64,000 nt of DNA. Source: Paraphysomonas bandaiensis. Its lineage: Eukaryota > Protista > Chrysophyceae. A program made the translations under genes and the position numbers. The notes under the pieces are model-generated. The model had not been told where the DNA came from and ran no database searches. It saw nothing but the letters and a program-made list of their open reading frames with translations. Shown piece after piece: positions 26,020 to 38,979 of this stretch (positions are counted from its first letter, which is position 1; the number at the start of each line of letters is the position of its first letter). The DNA is taken from the NCBI GenBank assembly GCA_965644295.1, contig CBFFRP010000598.1, positions 22,403 through 86,402 on the forward strand, in the 5' to 3' direction.

Positions 26020-27614
26020 TTCACTCTTCCGTGTGCATAGTGTGTATATATATTACCGTTTTGTTTTAACCACTTATATGGCGTAAGTTAAATGGTCTAG
26101 ATATGTCCCTTTTGCCATGTGGAACCTGTATAGTAGGCCAATTCGTTTAGCCGAAGTAAGCGATCACTGATTGTGCAAGATTTACGTAGACATCTTGGTG
26201 ACGTATCATGTGTAAGGTATTTGCTGAATATGATGGTATAGTGACGAGAAATTAAAAAAATTGTGCCATATTTTTTTGTGAAGTGATTATTAACATACCC
26301 TTAAGTCGGAACAAAATGAGGTGTTGTATTCCACATTTATAGTATCGATGTTGTATCGAGGTGGGGCACTGAAGCAAGTGGTAACTTGCAGAAGTATATT
26401 AAACAAGTACGTACTGATGTGGTTTGCTACTCTTCTAGAGATAAATTTACATGTTAAATGCTAGTGTCAATACGGAATATAAGCCTATTCTAAACTGTGG
26501 TAGTAGTGTATAAAGCTATACACCACGTAGTAATATTTTGTATATTGTATATGAGTAGTAAAGCAAGTAAGCCCTCACATACTTTGTAAAAGGAAATAGT
26601 AAAATACTACTCATAGTGCAATTTCGTATAGGGTATAGGTGTAGTGATTATGGGAGCTGATTAACGTTATCCTTGTATGAAGTTGAAAGCAACCTGTAGA
26701 GTCGCGAAGAAAGTAATTTCTGTATGAAGCGTGATGGAAATAACCTTCTTGGTGAAGGTAGGTAAGAGGAAGTACAAGAAACAACACTCTTGTCAATAAT
26801 ACATATAAGCTAACGCAATGGCATTGAAACAATTCGTGGTAACAATATGTAGTTCTCTGTCCATATGGTAAATACAATGAAATATATGATACTGTTATTC
26901 GTACCATATCATTGACGTTATTTTCGTCACGACAATGTAATCATACGAGTATTTTAGTAAGCCGTAGTCAGGCTATTTTCAAGGATGCTGTGATAGTTCA
27001 GCTTCATCAGTTATAGGCGTTCAGGCATCATGATTTGTGGTGATCAACTCATATATATAGCATGCTTCGGAGTTCCACATATTCGCTCCTCTTCAGGACA
27101 TTCTCCTGGTCATATGCTGGCCCATCCTAAGAGAGCGATTATTGAGTCACTGCTCATCATATCTACCATACATTTATATATGTAATCCTGGTACTGTTGT
27201 TGTCATTGCACACACGCAGAGGTGTGTCCACGACTGTCCTGCTGGATATTTATACAAAAATCTTTTTTCCGTCGAGTGTGCAATATTTTTTTGTTACGTT
27301 ATACTCTATATACACATATCTGCACAACTGGTACGTTGTGCAATAATAAAAAAATTGTTAAGAATTTACTTTTTTTTCGAAATATACGCTTGTACGTATA
27401 ACTGTCTGGATGTACTCGCTCTTCTTAAAATAAATGAAGGTGAAGTGAGAAGAAAGAGTATGTGAATATGACTGAAGTTGAAGTGGATTCATATACGGAG
27501 GATGAACTATGCGGTTGAGTATTATCAGAGCCCAGCATATCGTATGATCATAGACATCTATCATTAATGAGATGACACTGACCCTTCCCATCACCCCTTA
27601 GAACAATAAGACCG

Positions 27615-30600
27615 ATGCCTGTAGCAAAGCATCGCCTCGATTTCTCAGAGCTGATAACACATGGCGCTAAGCTAAAGGCGCAGCAGGCAGAGAAGAATCG
27701 CAATCAGTATCTGGATGCTGTCGAGTACCTTGAAATGAAAGCATCCGGCGAGACTGCTCCTGATAGCGACATCGACCGCAAAGTGGAGAAGCGAAATAGC
27801 TTCATAGGGCGGGCGGATGGCTTGATATCTAGACATGTCCTCATGTCAGCTCGTATATTGCGGGCTCTCGGTGCGTGGTACGTCACTGCACTCAGACTGG
27901 CCGTAACCGTCTTCGCCTTTCTTGTGTTGGCTGTTTCCATTGCGGAAGGGCTGTCTGACACTTTGATATTGACAATAGATATTATTGCTATATGTGTAAA
28001 TGTCTACTTCATTCTCGAAGGATCTTTGAAAATGCTCGGGTACTATGCATTTGTTACTATGCAGTATGATTTTAAGCAGCCCTTGAATGTTATGTTGCTG
28101 GTGCGGCAATCTGGTGTTTTGGAGGTGGTCATTGCGTGTTGTAGTTTGGGATACGGCCAAACTCTGACTGGTGCTTGGTTTCACCTTGCAAGAATATGCT
28201 TACTCTCTCTTTCCCTCATGGAACAGTGGACTCATATCGACGTTCTCATGGTGTGTTAAATTCATGTCTCTGTATGAATTTCGCGTGACTTTTGTTTTTT
28301 GGCAGAGTGGTATTGTACTAGGTCTTCACTCACTCTTGTCTACTTGGTTATTATTAACAGTCGTGTTCTTCATCTATGCTGCATGCGCCATGACTTTATT
28401 CCGTAAGAACGATCCATTCCATTTTGGATCTATTGCGATGAGCATGTGGACATTTTTCGAGCTGTCAACATTTGACGGGTGGGAAAAGGTATTGTACGTG
28501 AACATGTACGGTTGCGACTACTTCCCATATTTTTATGTACCTGGTGAAGATGTGGATGCCTCTGAGCCACGTAGTGTGGACCGTATTGGAGAGATGTTTC
28601 TCCCAATTTGTGACTCTCCGGAACCCAGGCCGCTTGTGTCAGCTCTGACCTTTATTTCTTTCGTTCTAATATGTGGATTTATACTTATGTCTCTCACCGT
28701 GGCAGCTGTGGTAGGAGGTATCAAAGACCGACTGGATGAAATCAACACAGCCAAGGATGACGAAGATGAATCTAGTGTTCTTCCATCTGCTAGGAGTGGA
28801 ACGGTAGAATCAACATTTGATCCTGAACTAGCCATGATGATGCTAAAAAACACATGGGCTGAAGAAGACGAAGCATGTGAAAAGAGACGAAGAAGAATGG
28901 AGAAGCGTCGGACTACTGCTGGCCGAATGGGTTCGACTGCTGCAAGTGCAGACCTTGATCAGTTGAGAGCCAATTATGCCAAGAAGCAAACTCTACGAAG
29001 TCAAGTGTCTAATGTATTTGCTCATATTGTTGATCCCAACCGTCGAAGCATTGCTCTGAAGTTTATAAGTGGGCACTCATACTATCGAGTGTTTTTTGCT
29101 GTTGCCATCATTCTTGGTGCTTTCATGGAGATATGGATTTTGCGGGAGGAGCGCACCACGCTCTCCGTCTTAGTTGTGCTCTATATCTTACAGTCGTTTT
29201 ACTCTATCGATGTCGTGCTGCGTTGGTTAGCACACTATCCTAGGTACTCATCATTTTTGAACGACAACTGGAATGTTTTTGATGCTGCGGTTGTCCTATC
29301 GTCATGGCTATCGTTTTTTTCAGGCAGATTCGAGGGAGGGAAATATATCGGTAGGACTATTTATCAATGTAATTGCTTGTAAAGGTTCGTCATGCTTTCT
29401 TAGGACTCTTACGTGTGCTACGTATACTTCGTGTACTTCGACTATTGACATGGATTAATAGACTCAATGTCATGATGAAAGCCGTTGCATCGTCACTTAA
29501 GGCACTATTATATGTGTTCATGTTGATGTGCGTTCTTTTCTTTCACTTTGCTGTTGCTGGAGTGCTACTTTTTAGACGTAATGATAACCACCATTTTGGG
29601 ACAATATTTAAAGCCTTTGTAACACTGTTCCAGGTATATATTATTTCGATTTTCATGAATAATGACGTTTGCTTGTTAGTTATGTTCTTTGGAAAATTGG
29701 AGTTTTGTTGCTCGCACACAGATGTATGGGTGTGATTACTTCGGGTATCAATCTGGAAATGATGAATATGATATGCAGTGTGAGGATCCACGTGGGTTAG
29801 GCTGGCTAGCTGCCTGGTGAAAATAAATGTGTCTCAATTGTTTAAGTGACTAATTAGTGAATTTTTGTCAGGTATTTTATAATATTTATTGTGTTGGGTG
29901 TATTGGTTCTCGTGAATCTATTCGTTGGCATCATAATCACCTCTATGGAGCTACTGAAAGATGGAAGTAGGGAGGAAAGTGCCGTTTGGGCAAAAGTACG
30001 AATTAAACAACGTGAGCACCAAATAAGTGATTCTTCCATCGACAATATGCTGGAGATATTTGAGATGATTGATCAGTCGAATTCTGCCTCGTTAACGCTG
30101 TCAGAATTGCAGCCATTGATGCGTTGTATTGTGACAGACGAAGTCCAGCAGATAACACTTTTTATGAAGGCGGACCACAACAATAATGGACAGCTTAACT
30201 TTTCTGAGTTCATAGACTTGATTCATTTATTGGGAGATGCTTTTCGCAACCCTTTGAAATTGAAGCCAGCAATAAAGCCAACGATGAAGATTTTGGCCAG
30301 TGGTGTGAGTAACTTGCGGCTTAAGAAGAGTCAACTTGCTGTTCTTGGTGCTTTAAATCTCAGACGAAGTAGTTCTGCTAAAATCCACACCATGAACATT
30401 GCAAGTGAAAATGTTTCTACAGAGAAGAGTGATAGAGCAGTCCAATTTGCGGATGACTCGAATTCATATCCACAGGAAGAAGCTGGCAGTGATCCCCCTC
30501 CTTTGACTTTACATCCCCCAAAGGTAGAATTTAATATGCCTACACATGCTGAAGAACAAGAGCCAGATGATCCATCAGAATCTTGTGTAAACGACTCAAG

Positions 30601-30940
30601 TGTACCGAACGTGGTGTCAGTAGATCACAATGATGCTTTAACTTCTGGTTTACTGGCGCAGCAACCTGTGCATACATCAAACAATGCGCCTACACCGAAT
30701 TCTGATGTTACTGTGGATAATGGTGACGGAATTACCGATCCAGAAACCGATCCTAACATGCAGGCACTCCTAACGATACGACGACTGAAGCGCCAAAAAC
30801 AATCCGCTCAGCAGGATACAGACACACAAAACCCTCTACCTGGAAAAACAAGTAAGAGTTCTGTGAAGCTGACACCATTAAAAAAGAACACTCTTCATCT
30901 GGCTAGAATTGCAAAATCTCAAGGAAGGATTGTACATTGA
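27615..30940 (+). CDS. Two-repeat (2x6TM) voltage-gated cation channel with C-terminal EF-hand pair
   Basis: Pore I FRKNDPFHFGS...ELSTFDGWEKVLYVNMYGCD. S4-II LLRVLRILRVLRLL. Pore II FRRNDNHHFGT...FQ|LCSLENWSFVARTQMYGCD (intron 29634-29679). S6 VLVNLFVGII. EF-hands DQSNSASLTLSE and DHNNNGQLNFSE. Confidence 0.85.
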
Positions 30941-32068
30941 TACTTACGTGTCTTAAATTTCCTTGCTATAACTCAGAAATATCTTTATTCTGTTGATCCT
31001 TCGTAGTTTTCCTGTTAATCTCTGTTCAGACTGGTCGAAAATGGATGATTTTCTATTGTTTTATATTGATTACAGTAGTCGTTATTATGATTTCAGCAAA
31101 CCTGGATTTATTTGATTGTTTATATTGTTATTATGCAGTGATATATTAATTTGCACTGCGGATTACTGTGTAGCATTCGTAACACAAGCAAACACGTGAG
31201 TCACTAAAACGAGGATTCAGCCTGATTCAGTGAGGTATAAAATGCAACAGCAGCGAGCATTCTTGACAGTCTATTTTAATAACTCTGTAAATCCCTATTT
31301 ATTATATATTCTCTTCTGTGATAAGTAGTCTTATCACGAACAGCGATTGGCACAAGAACGACTGAAATGATGAAAATGATATAGGTCAGCGCCTGTTAAC
31401 CATTAATGATATTGTGGGTTGCTGCCAAATAAACTGGTCACAGATGAACTTTGCTTTCCTAAGCATTCTGTCTATGTGTATTAAAGTTCCACGGTGCAAC
31501 ATATGGTGCACCAATACCCATTACAAGCTAACAGCCAATATTGTCGAAGGAAGTGAGTTGGATTAAGTTTTGCAAGATAGGGTAAAAACTAGGAGGGGAG
31601 GAGGCAAGAAGTCTTTTTTTAGGTATCTTGATCAACTATCTGAGGAAAACTAGCTGTAGAATAATATAATATGATTGAGCTACTTGTTGTATGTGCGTAA
31701 TAAAAGTTTGTAGTAGTTTCACAAAGTTGGGATGTGCCATTTCTAATAAATTGCATACTAAATTGGAATTGAATAGAACTAGGCTTAAAGAATAAAATTT
31801 ATAACAAATTATATAACTGTTAAAACTTTACCCTATTAAATGTCTACTAATTGGTTTTTTAATAGTAAATAAGTAAATAGTATAGAATAATATAAGTAAA
31901 ATAATACAGAAGCTAAACTAAAGCTAGCAAAATATAAAAATACACTGTATATACATAATATATATATATATTTTTTGTATATTATACATATATTATTTAA
32001 GCAATTATAGGCATGCAAGTGCTAAAACTAAACAGAAACCTATCTAATGTTTAATATATATATCGAAT

Positions 32069-32497
32069 TATTTAATGCTACGGAGGCTGCTTGTGCGTCA
32101 CCGGAAGCACCAAGGTGCAATCACTTTCACTCAAAGCAAACGCAGTGAGCAAGCAGAGTGGTGATATACCTGACATCTGCTGACCACTTCAGGATTTTTG
32201 AGTCCTTAAGGTGAACATCCCGGATGCTTGACTGCCGTAGGCAGCCCAATACCCCGGATGCCCTTGAGGTGGGCCTATTTCCAGAGGCCTGTTTATTCGT
32301 CAAACCCCAAAGACGTCTACTACACTGACACTAAAATTTGTGTCCCTTGTACCACACAAGCATTCGGCTATATGTGTAGGCAGAATGGTAGCTCCTGACT
32401 ATAATATATGCGGCTCACGTTAGTTTTCCGGAGAAATATCACCGGTACTTATTTCCCAAAGAGCCCCACGAAAAGGTGCGAGTCCGACTTTGTTGAG
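32069..32497 (-). repeat. Hairpin-rich dispersed repeat, full-length copy A (~430 bp; orientation arbitrary)
   Basis: Aligns by eye over its length with 42843-43221, and in inverted orientation with 32715-33086. Confidence 0.85.
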
Positions 32498-32714
32498 GGC
32501 ATATATTTTTTATTGTAGCAATAATTCAATTAAAAAGAATAACAAGATATTATAATATTTTATATACAATTGATAATCGCACCGACAAACAAGGATGCAC
32601 GTTTTGAATGATTGATCGCACATTTGGCAATATCCCCTACAGTGTACCTAATATAAGACGTTGTCAAAGACATGCAACCACATTGTTATGCCTACTCATA
32701 TTGTCTTTTATATA

Positions 32715-33086
32715 ATAGCTAATACTTGTGTGACTGGTGTGTAATAAAAAACACAAATAAAAGTGTCACTTATGTAGACGTCTTTGGATCTTGACAGAAG
32801 TAAACAGGCATCCGGGAATGGGTCCACCACAAGAACATCTGGGAAGTAGCCCATCAAAACGGGTGTCCGGGGGCTATGAGCTGCCTCATAAAGTCGGGCA
32901 TGTCGGGATGAGTTCACCTTAAGGACTCATAAATCCCGAAGTCAGCAGATAACAGGTATATATCAACTTTCTGCTTGCTCACTTGTTTGCTTTGAATGAT
33001 TCAAAGCAAGCATATGATGGTTGCAACTTCTTGTTGGTGCTTGCGGCGACGCACAGAGAGTTCTCGTAGCGCCAAATAAATAGTAG
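32715..33086 (+). repeat. Hairpin-rich dispersed repeat, truncated and diverged copy B, inverted relative to copy A
   Basis: Shared blocks gtagacgtctttgg, taaacagg, gttcaccttaaggactca, gtcagcagat, tctgcttgctcact, ttggtgcttgcggcgacgcaca. Confidence 0.85.
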
Positions 33087-34078
33087 AACATATTAGCATT
33101 TTGGTATTTACTAGATTATTTTAATTTAGTAGATCCTTGTGCACACGTCTACTGCTAATAATGAGGCGTTCAATAATTTACAGAGGGTAGCTAAACCTGA
33201 ACATGCCAAGTCATTGCCTCTCAGAAAAGACTTAAGGAAATTACAGCTCCGCGCCTTCTGAATCAACAAAATGTCAAAGTTCTTGATGATTATTTTTGTA
33301 GATCTACAGTTTTTCGTTGCTATAGATAACTTGCTCTGCTACACTAACAATCATTGTTGCTGTGGCAACGAGCGAGCACCGACTAACGGAAAGAGTAAAT
33401 CTTCAATCATGTAAATCGGATGGGGGATGATAGCAACCTAATGCGAACAACATGTAGATATATCTTGGTCGACGTGATACCTATATTTTAAAATCGTGTA
33501 TATCCCAGAGCCAATAAGAAAAATCGATTGACCGGATTCAATGGGAGTATGGAATCTAGGCGTATAGATCTGTTTACTGTTTATGATTACAATTTTTACG
33601 CCTGAATATTACACTGTAGGAAGAGGAGGCAATTGGGCACGCTAACGATTATTATTTTAAATTTTATAATTATTTCATATCGCACCTTTTAATTGCGTTG
33701 CAGCCCCACCGTGGAAATACTAGCCACAACTCTTTTGTGTCCATGCTTAAGTTTTAGCTATCTCTTTACTCTTTACTGTGGTATGAACTTTAGTAATTGC
33801 AATATTTTAATTTTTTTAATTTCAATTAATGAAGTCAGTATAAACAATTAATAGTATAGTTAATGTACTAGTAGTTATATATTATTTGTATACATCCACA
33901 CATAGCAAAAAAACGTGCAACACTTTATAGCATGACTCAGGGATGTGACCGACGCAAAGAGTGCATGCAAATGTAGATTAGAAGAAAAACTGTACTGTTC
34001 TACGACAAACTAACGTCTTGTTGTAGAGATCTTTTCCATAGTGTAGAAAAAATTAAATAATATGGAAGTAAATGTCCG

Positions 34079-37046
34079 CTACAATTGAGCTGGACTTGAC
34101 ATTGTATCATCCTCGTCAATATCCTCCAAGGGTTCCATATCTCTATCGTGTTCCCCAGCAGGTCGATCTAAAGATTTTCGCAACGACCTCATACCACTGG
34201 TCACTTGTACTTCTGACATCTCATGAAGGCGAGTCGAAATTGCCTCTTGATGAAGAGCTCGATTGGCCAGAAGCTCCAGGCGTTGCTTCAATGTGTCAAT
34301 TTCAGCCTCAATTCTTGCCATTTCAGCGACGGCAGTCACTGTCCTATTCATGCTACCAGTTGGCTCACGATTCGTGGATGAGGTGACTTCTGCAGTGTTT
34401 TGAGAGACAGTTGATGGATGCACATACAATTTTCTCCAAGAAAAGCTGACAAATAAAATAAGGGTGAAATATGTACCACAGAGCACAACTTACGATACTG
34501 GCTTTCGAACCTCGACTAACTTGAACGTTTTGTCCAAGTCGTACCCCTGCAACACAGTCCAATAAACAACCACTACCACATGCAGATAGCAGTGCAAAAT
34601 ACCTACCTGGAGAAGCTTCGTAAACACAGAAAAATAGAGAACCACTATAGTCCTCGTTGCACCAAATACAACTAACAAACCAAGTAAAAACCTCGACTCG
34701 AAAGGCTTCATGTTTACTAATAAATAGAGTGGCACCCCAACCAAGCAGCAGAGTATTATGCCAAATATTGCTGCAATACACATTCAAGGAATAAAACTAA
34801 TTATATATGCAGATCATACCATTTGCAACTTGCTTCGCATCACTAATTCCTGAAGGCAGATCACGAGTAAGGTAACACATGTAGACACCTCCGAACAATA
34901 TCAATGTCTCAAAAACCAAAAGAGCCACCGCAGAATCATGCATCATATACGGACACGTTTTGGCTCGCGTGCGCTCGAATTGGTTGTCGGTGAGCATTGT
35001 ATAATCATAATCTTCATGCCATACATGTGCTATATTAATCGACAGCAGGATTGTAGTAATGGCGAAAATAACTAAAACACATATCATTGTCTGAAGTAGA
35101 GAAACCTTTTTTCTCTGAAACCCCGAATTGAGAACCAAATAGATACGAAGGGTTTTGACTAGAAGAGGGCTAAAAATGAATATAAAAGACAGATGACACA
35201 TAACATTAAGAGATATACACACTGGTCCAGATGCTTCCAGAGACGCTAGAATAGCTGTAACTGAGGCACAAACACCTCCCAGCAATATCACATACACTAA
35301 TTCTGGTTGCAAGATCCGAATCATCCTCGTTTGTTCGTAATATACCATCGTAGCAAACGAAATCGACACAGCAACTATGCATAACACTGACGCTACCCAC
35401 AGCAGCGCTGCCATGCCGATTTCTAAACTAACTGTGGTGACGTGAGGGCGATCAAATGGGTATGTATTGTCTTTCGTGTCAAATATGAAGTCTGAACATG
35501 CACAAGAGATATGGGTGGGGTACATTTGGGTTTCACACATGGCGGCCACCACAGGATTATCAATGCAGGGTTCATACACAAGCGATGATGAGTCCAAAGT
35601 ACCCGTGTATATCAGGCCTTTTGCTGAAGCCGACATGTTACCTTTAGATGATTGCAAAAACAGCTCAGGATCAAAGGTAAACATTCCATACGCGATATTA
35701 CTCATCCTGTCGTTGCTAGTACGCAAAAGAAACGGCGAACGTTGGAATACGCCAGTTACCCCTGCATTGATAACTTGATCCAGGGCCGTCTGCATGTTAA
35801 AGAAATTGATTTCCGATTGGTGTGAATAGTTCCCATGAAGAAGGGAATTGACACCTTTAGCAAGAAGAATCGTCGCATCATACGCATACATTGCAGCGGC
35901 ATCAATATCAGATCCATCAGTGGCAAATTCAGTGAAGTTCAACCCCGCGCAGATCGTTGTATTATCGGCTGTGTACTGGTGGAGGAAATTACCGTCATCA
36001 TCTGTTGTGGAGTCACAAACTCCTCCGGAACCCACTGTGGGTGTTTGTTGCCTCCACCGTGATATGAAACTCGTTGCCTCCGGGTCAGATTTTCGCACCA
36101 TTTCACGCACAGCTGTAAAACCTTTCATGACACCCGCTATATCTTCCAGTGACATCTCTCCGTCGTCGAGGTTCTGCCATACCTCAGGAGAAGTGGCAGA
36201 CTCAGCAGCCACAATATGAGTCCCTTCTCCAAACATCTTTAACTTCCAGCCGGCCTTTAAAATAGCAGCCGTTTGAGCCGCATCCCGGATAAACAGTGCA
36301 TATATATTTGCTCCCGTAGCTTTTACTTCTTTCATCATGGCTTCGTAGTCTCTGGAATTGTAGTCTGTGTGAACCCAGTATCCACTTGCACCAATATATT
36401 GGGCACCAGCAATGTACCGAAGCTGTACGTGATATCCCCACACATTATACGAATGGATAATGGCAACTCTTTCCCAGCCATAAGTTTTGTATATGAAAGA
36501 CGCTAACAAAAACGCTTGAAGGCCAGCTGAAGGGTTGGTGCGGACGAAATTTGGGTACGTTTCAACAAGAGAGAAGTCATCGTCATCGCCTTGATAAGCG
36601 ATTTGAAGTGCCCCTTGTTCAGCAAATATTTTTACAGATCCTGAATTTGTACGTTAGCGGTTAAAATATCAAACAAATCACATGGTACCAGCAATTCCAG
36701 TATTACTGTCGGGGCCGATATTAGCACGAACTCCCAACCCACCAAAAGAGGAACCTAACGTACGTGTAGCCACTGTGGCACTAGAAAAGCTGTATCCATG
36801 AGGAGAATATGCCATTCTCAGTTCAGTGGTGGGAAGTAAATCATCATACATGCCGTCAGTTTTATTATTGACTTCTCTGAATGCCATTAATATCGCCTCT
36901 TTGCACTGAACGCCGACGCGACTCACCCCACCAGCGCTGTCCTGCAGGTTAAACATGGCTCCGATATTGACCTCAGTGAGCGTCGAGACACAACACACAC
37001 ACATATGAAAGATTGCTAAGAGCCGCTTAACAAGCGAGGGGTTCAT
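34079..37046 (-). CDS. Class C GPCR-like receptor (Venus-flytrap/ANF-receptor domain + 7tm_3 + coiled-coil tail)
   Basis: Signal peptide, VNIGAMF, AFREVNN...LLP, YPNFVRTNP, YGWERVAII, YAYDA. 7TM part with IRILQPELVYVILLG, PLLVKTLRIYLV, YLTRDLPS. C-terminal coiled coil. Three introns. Confidence 0.88.
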
Positions 37047-38436
37047 ACTGACGGATGCGTTATACACAGCAGATAGGAGATATACAGATAGATGATCAGG
37101 AGTGGACAGGTCTCGTAGCAGTGTCTGTCATTAGCAGGGTCCACACACTCTACTGAGGGTTCTTAATGCGAAACTAGTATGTGTATACATACAGAACACA
37201 TGCATGGAGGAAGTTATACACACTGTAGTGGCGATATGTACGAAGTGGATATGTAGAAACATGTTAAATTTTCGACAACTGGATGCGGGAAATAAAGGGG
37301 ATCTGTACTGTAGTTCACGAGAAGCCGGTTTTCAAGACAAAAACAGATGTTTTTTGGTAGAAACCCCTTGTTTCCGTAGCGAAGATATACAGTAGAGTAC
37401 AGTCCTCATGTGAACAGGGCAGTTTGCTTAAGATCTTCTCACATCTGCTCTGATATCACCCGACGCATAGTTCAATGCATACCTCCGGTCTATCTAAGAT
37501 CATTAGGAAGTGCACTTCATTGATATCTAGAGGCAATACACAGAGCTCGGAGAGGTGATGAGGCAGTATACAATCTTCGAGTTTTGATAGTGGACAATGC
37601 AGCTAACCGTTAGATGGATGAATTTCGATGTCTCGGTGCTGCTAACGACAGAGGCAACATTGAAGTAGTGATTGCAGCGTGATATGTAGGGGGCTTAGAT
37701 TATATTGTGTACGTATATATTCCATTTTAATTTCAGACACTGAGAAATGTGAAGTAGAAATTGGGGTGGCTGTATGGAGCACATTTTATTTGATTGGTGA
37801 AGGTCTGAGTCAAATGATAACCTCAGGCAACTCTTATGTGTATGTAAAACGCGCTGGGAAACAACATTTGAGAGTTTAAAGTATACTGTACGCATTTTCC
37901 TAATGTATAGTTGTTTTTGCTCCTCTTGCCATACTTCAAAAAGCAAGTCCTCATATTTTATATTATTAATTTTGACAACGTAAAAAGTGTATAAATAGCT
38001 TCGGTCTCATTTACTACTCGGCCGTATTCTTCAGAAATTTCAGATATTCTTGATCAAAAGTCAGGTACAATGTGTTCGACATTGTTGTTTGTTGTCTAGC
38101 TGCATGATAGATATCGTTAGTGTTATATGCAGTTTATGTCCTGCTTGACTGAAAGCCGCTGCGTTTTGTTTTACAGTTTCTGCTTTGAAGGCTTAAAATT
38201 ATTTTCATTACAATTTCCCCTCTTGAGGACATGATAGTTACACAGGTAATGGTCAGGTTGTACGTGTGTCGTTGGGTCATATACATCATAGCTACAAAGG
38301 TGTGTAAGTAGACTTAATGCTACGAATAGGTGCCTAATTCAATAACTTAAACTATACTTAAGAATATATTACATTTTATAGAGTAAACCAAAATGTATAA
38401 AAGCTATTGGGTTTCTTGTAACCGGAGAGAGTGCAC

Positions 38437-38979
38437 CTAGAGCGCTTCATCGACAGAATTCGTAGACTGTCCCGCATCTAAATTTATAGTTGTCAAAACA
38501 TGAAGAAGCTTACGCACGTAGTACATCGCAGATCCTTCCAAACCTAAAAATACAACTGATATAACCAGTGTGATGGCCGCATGGGTGATGCCGTCGGCAA
38601 GAACCAATATAGCGCCCACTACATGTAAAAATTCCAAAAATATTACCAGAGCCAATATACAGCAATATGCCCCTAAATATGTCATTCCTGAACATAGTTC
38701 TTCATTTTTCTTCCGTACACCTTCATAGCAGAGATACAACAAGGACGCACTGAACACAAGATCGACCAATCTTACGGCAGCAATTGCCCCTCCTCCGTGC
38801 ACCATGATTAAAGAGAACGCAATGATTGTCAATGTCACTTGACAAGCACATAAAAGCAATGCGATTCTCAAAATCTTCTTAGATATTTTGTTAACTTCTG
38901 CATTGCGATAACCAGACGTTACTGAGAGGCTCGTGCCCGGAATCAAAGATATATACTCTTCGCTGTCTGGTACAGACAT
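38437..38979 (-). CDS. Hypothetical four-TM membrane protein
   Basis: Intronless ORF from MSVPDSEEY with four long hydrophobic segments. Confidence 0.65.
   Translation of the reverse strand: MSVPDSEEYISLIPGTSLSVTSGYRNAEVNKISKKILRIALLLCACQVTLTIIAFSLIMVHGGGAIAAVRLVDLVFSASLLYLCYEGVRKKNEELCSGMTYLGAYCCILALVIFLEFLHVVGAILVLADGITHAAITLVISVVFLGLEGSAMYYVRKLLHVLTTINLDAGQSTNSVDEAL

Noticed and set aside
32160-32230. Hammerhead ribozyme or group I intron core within the dispersed repeat
   Set aside because: No intact CUGAnGA...GAAA core or P/Q/R/S elements were found by eye on either strand.
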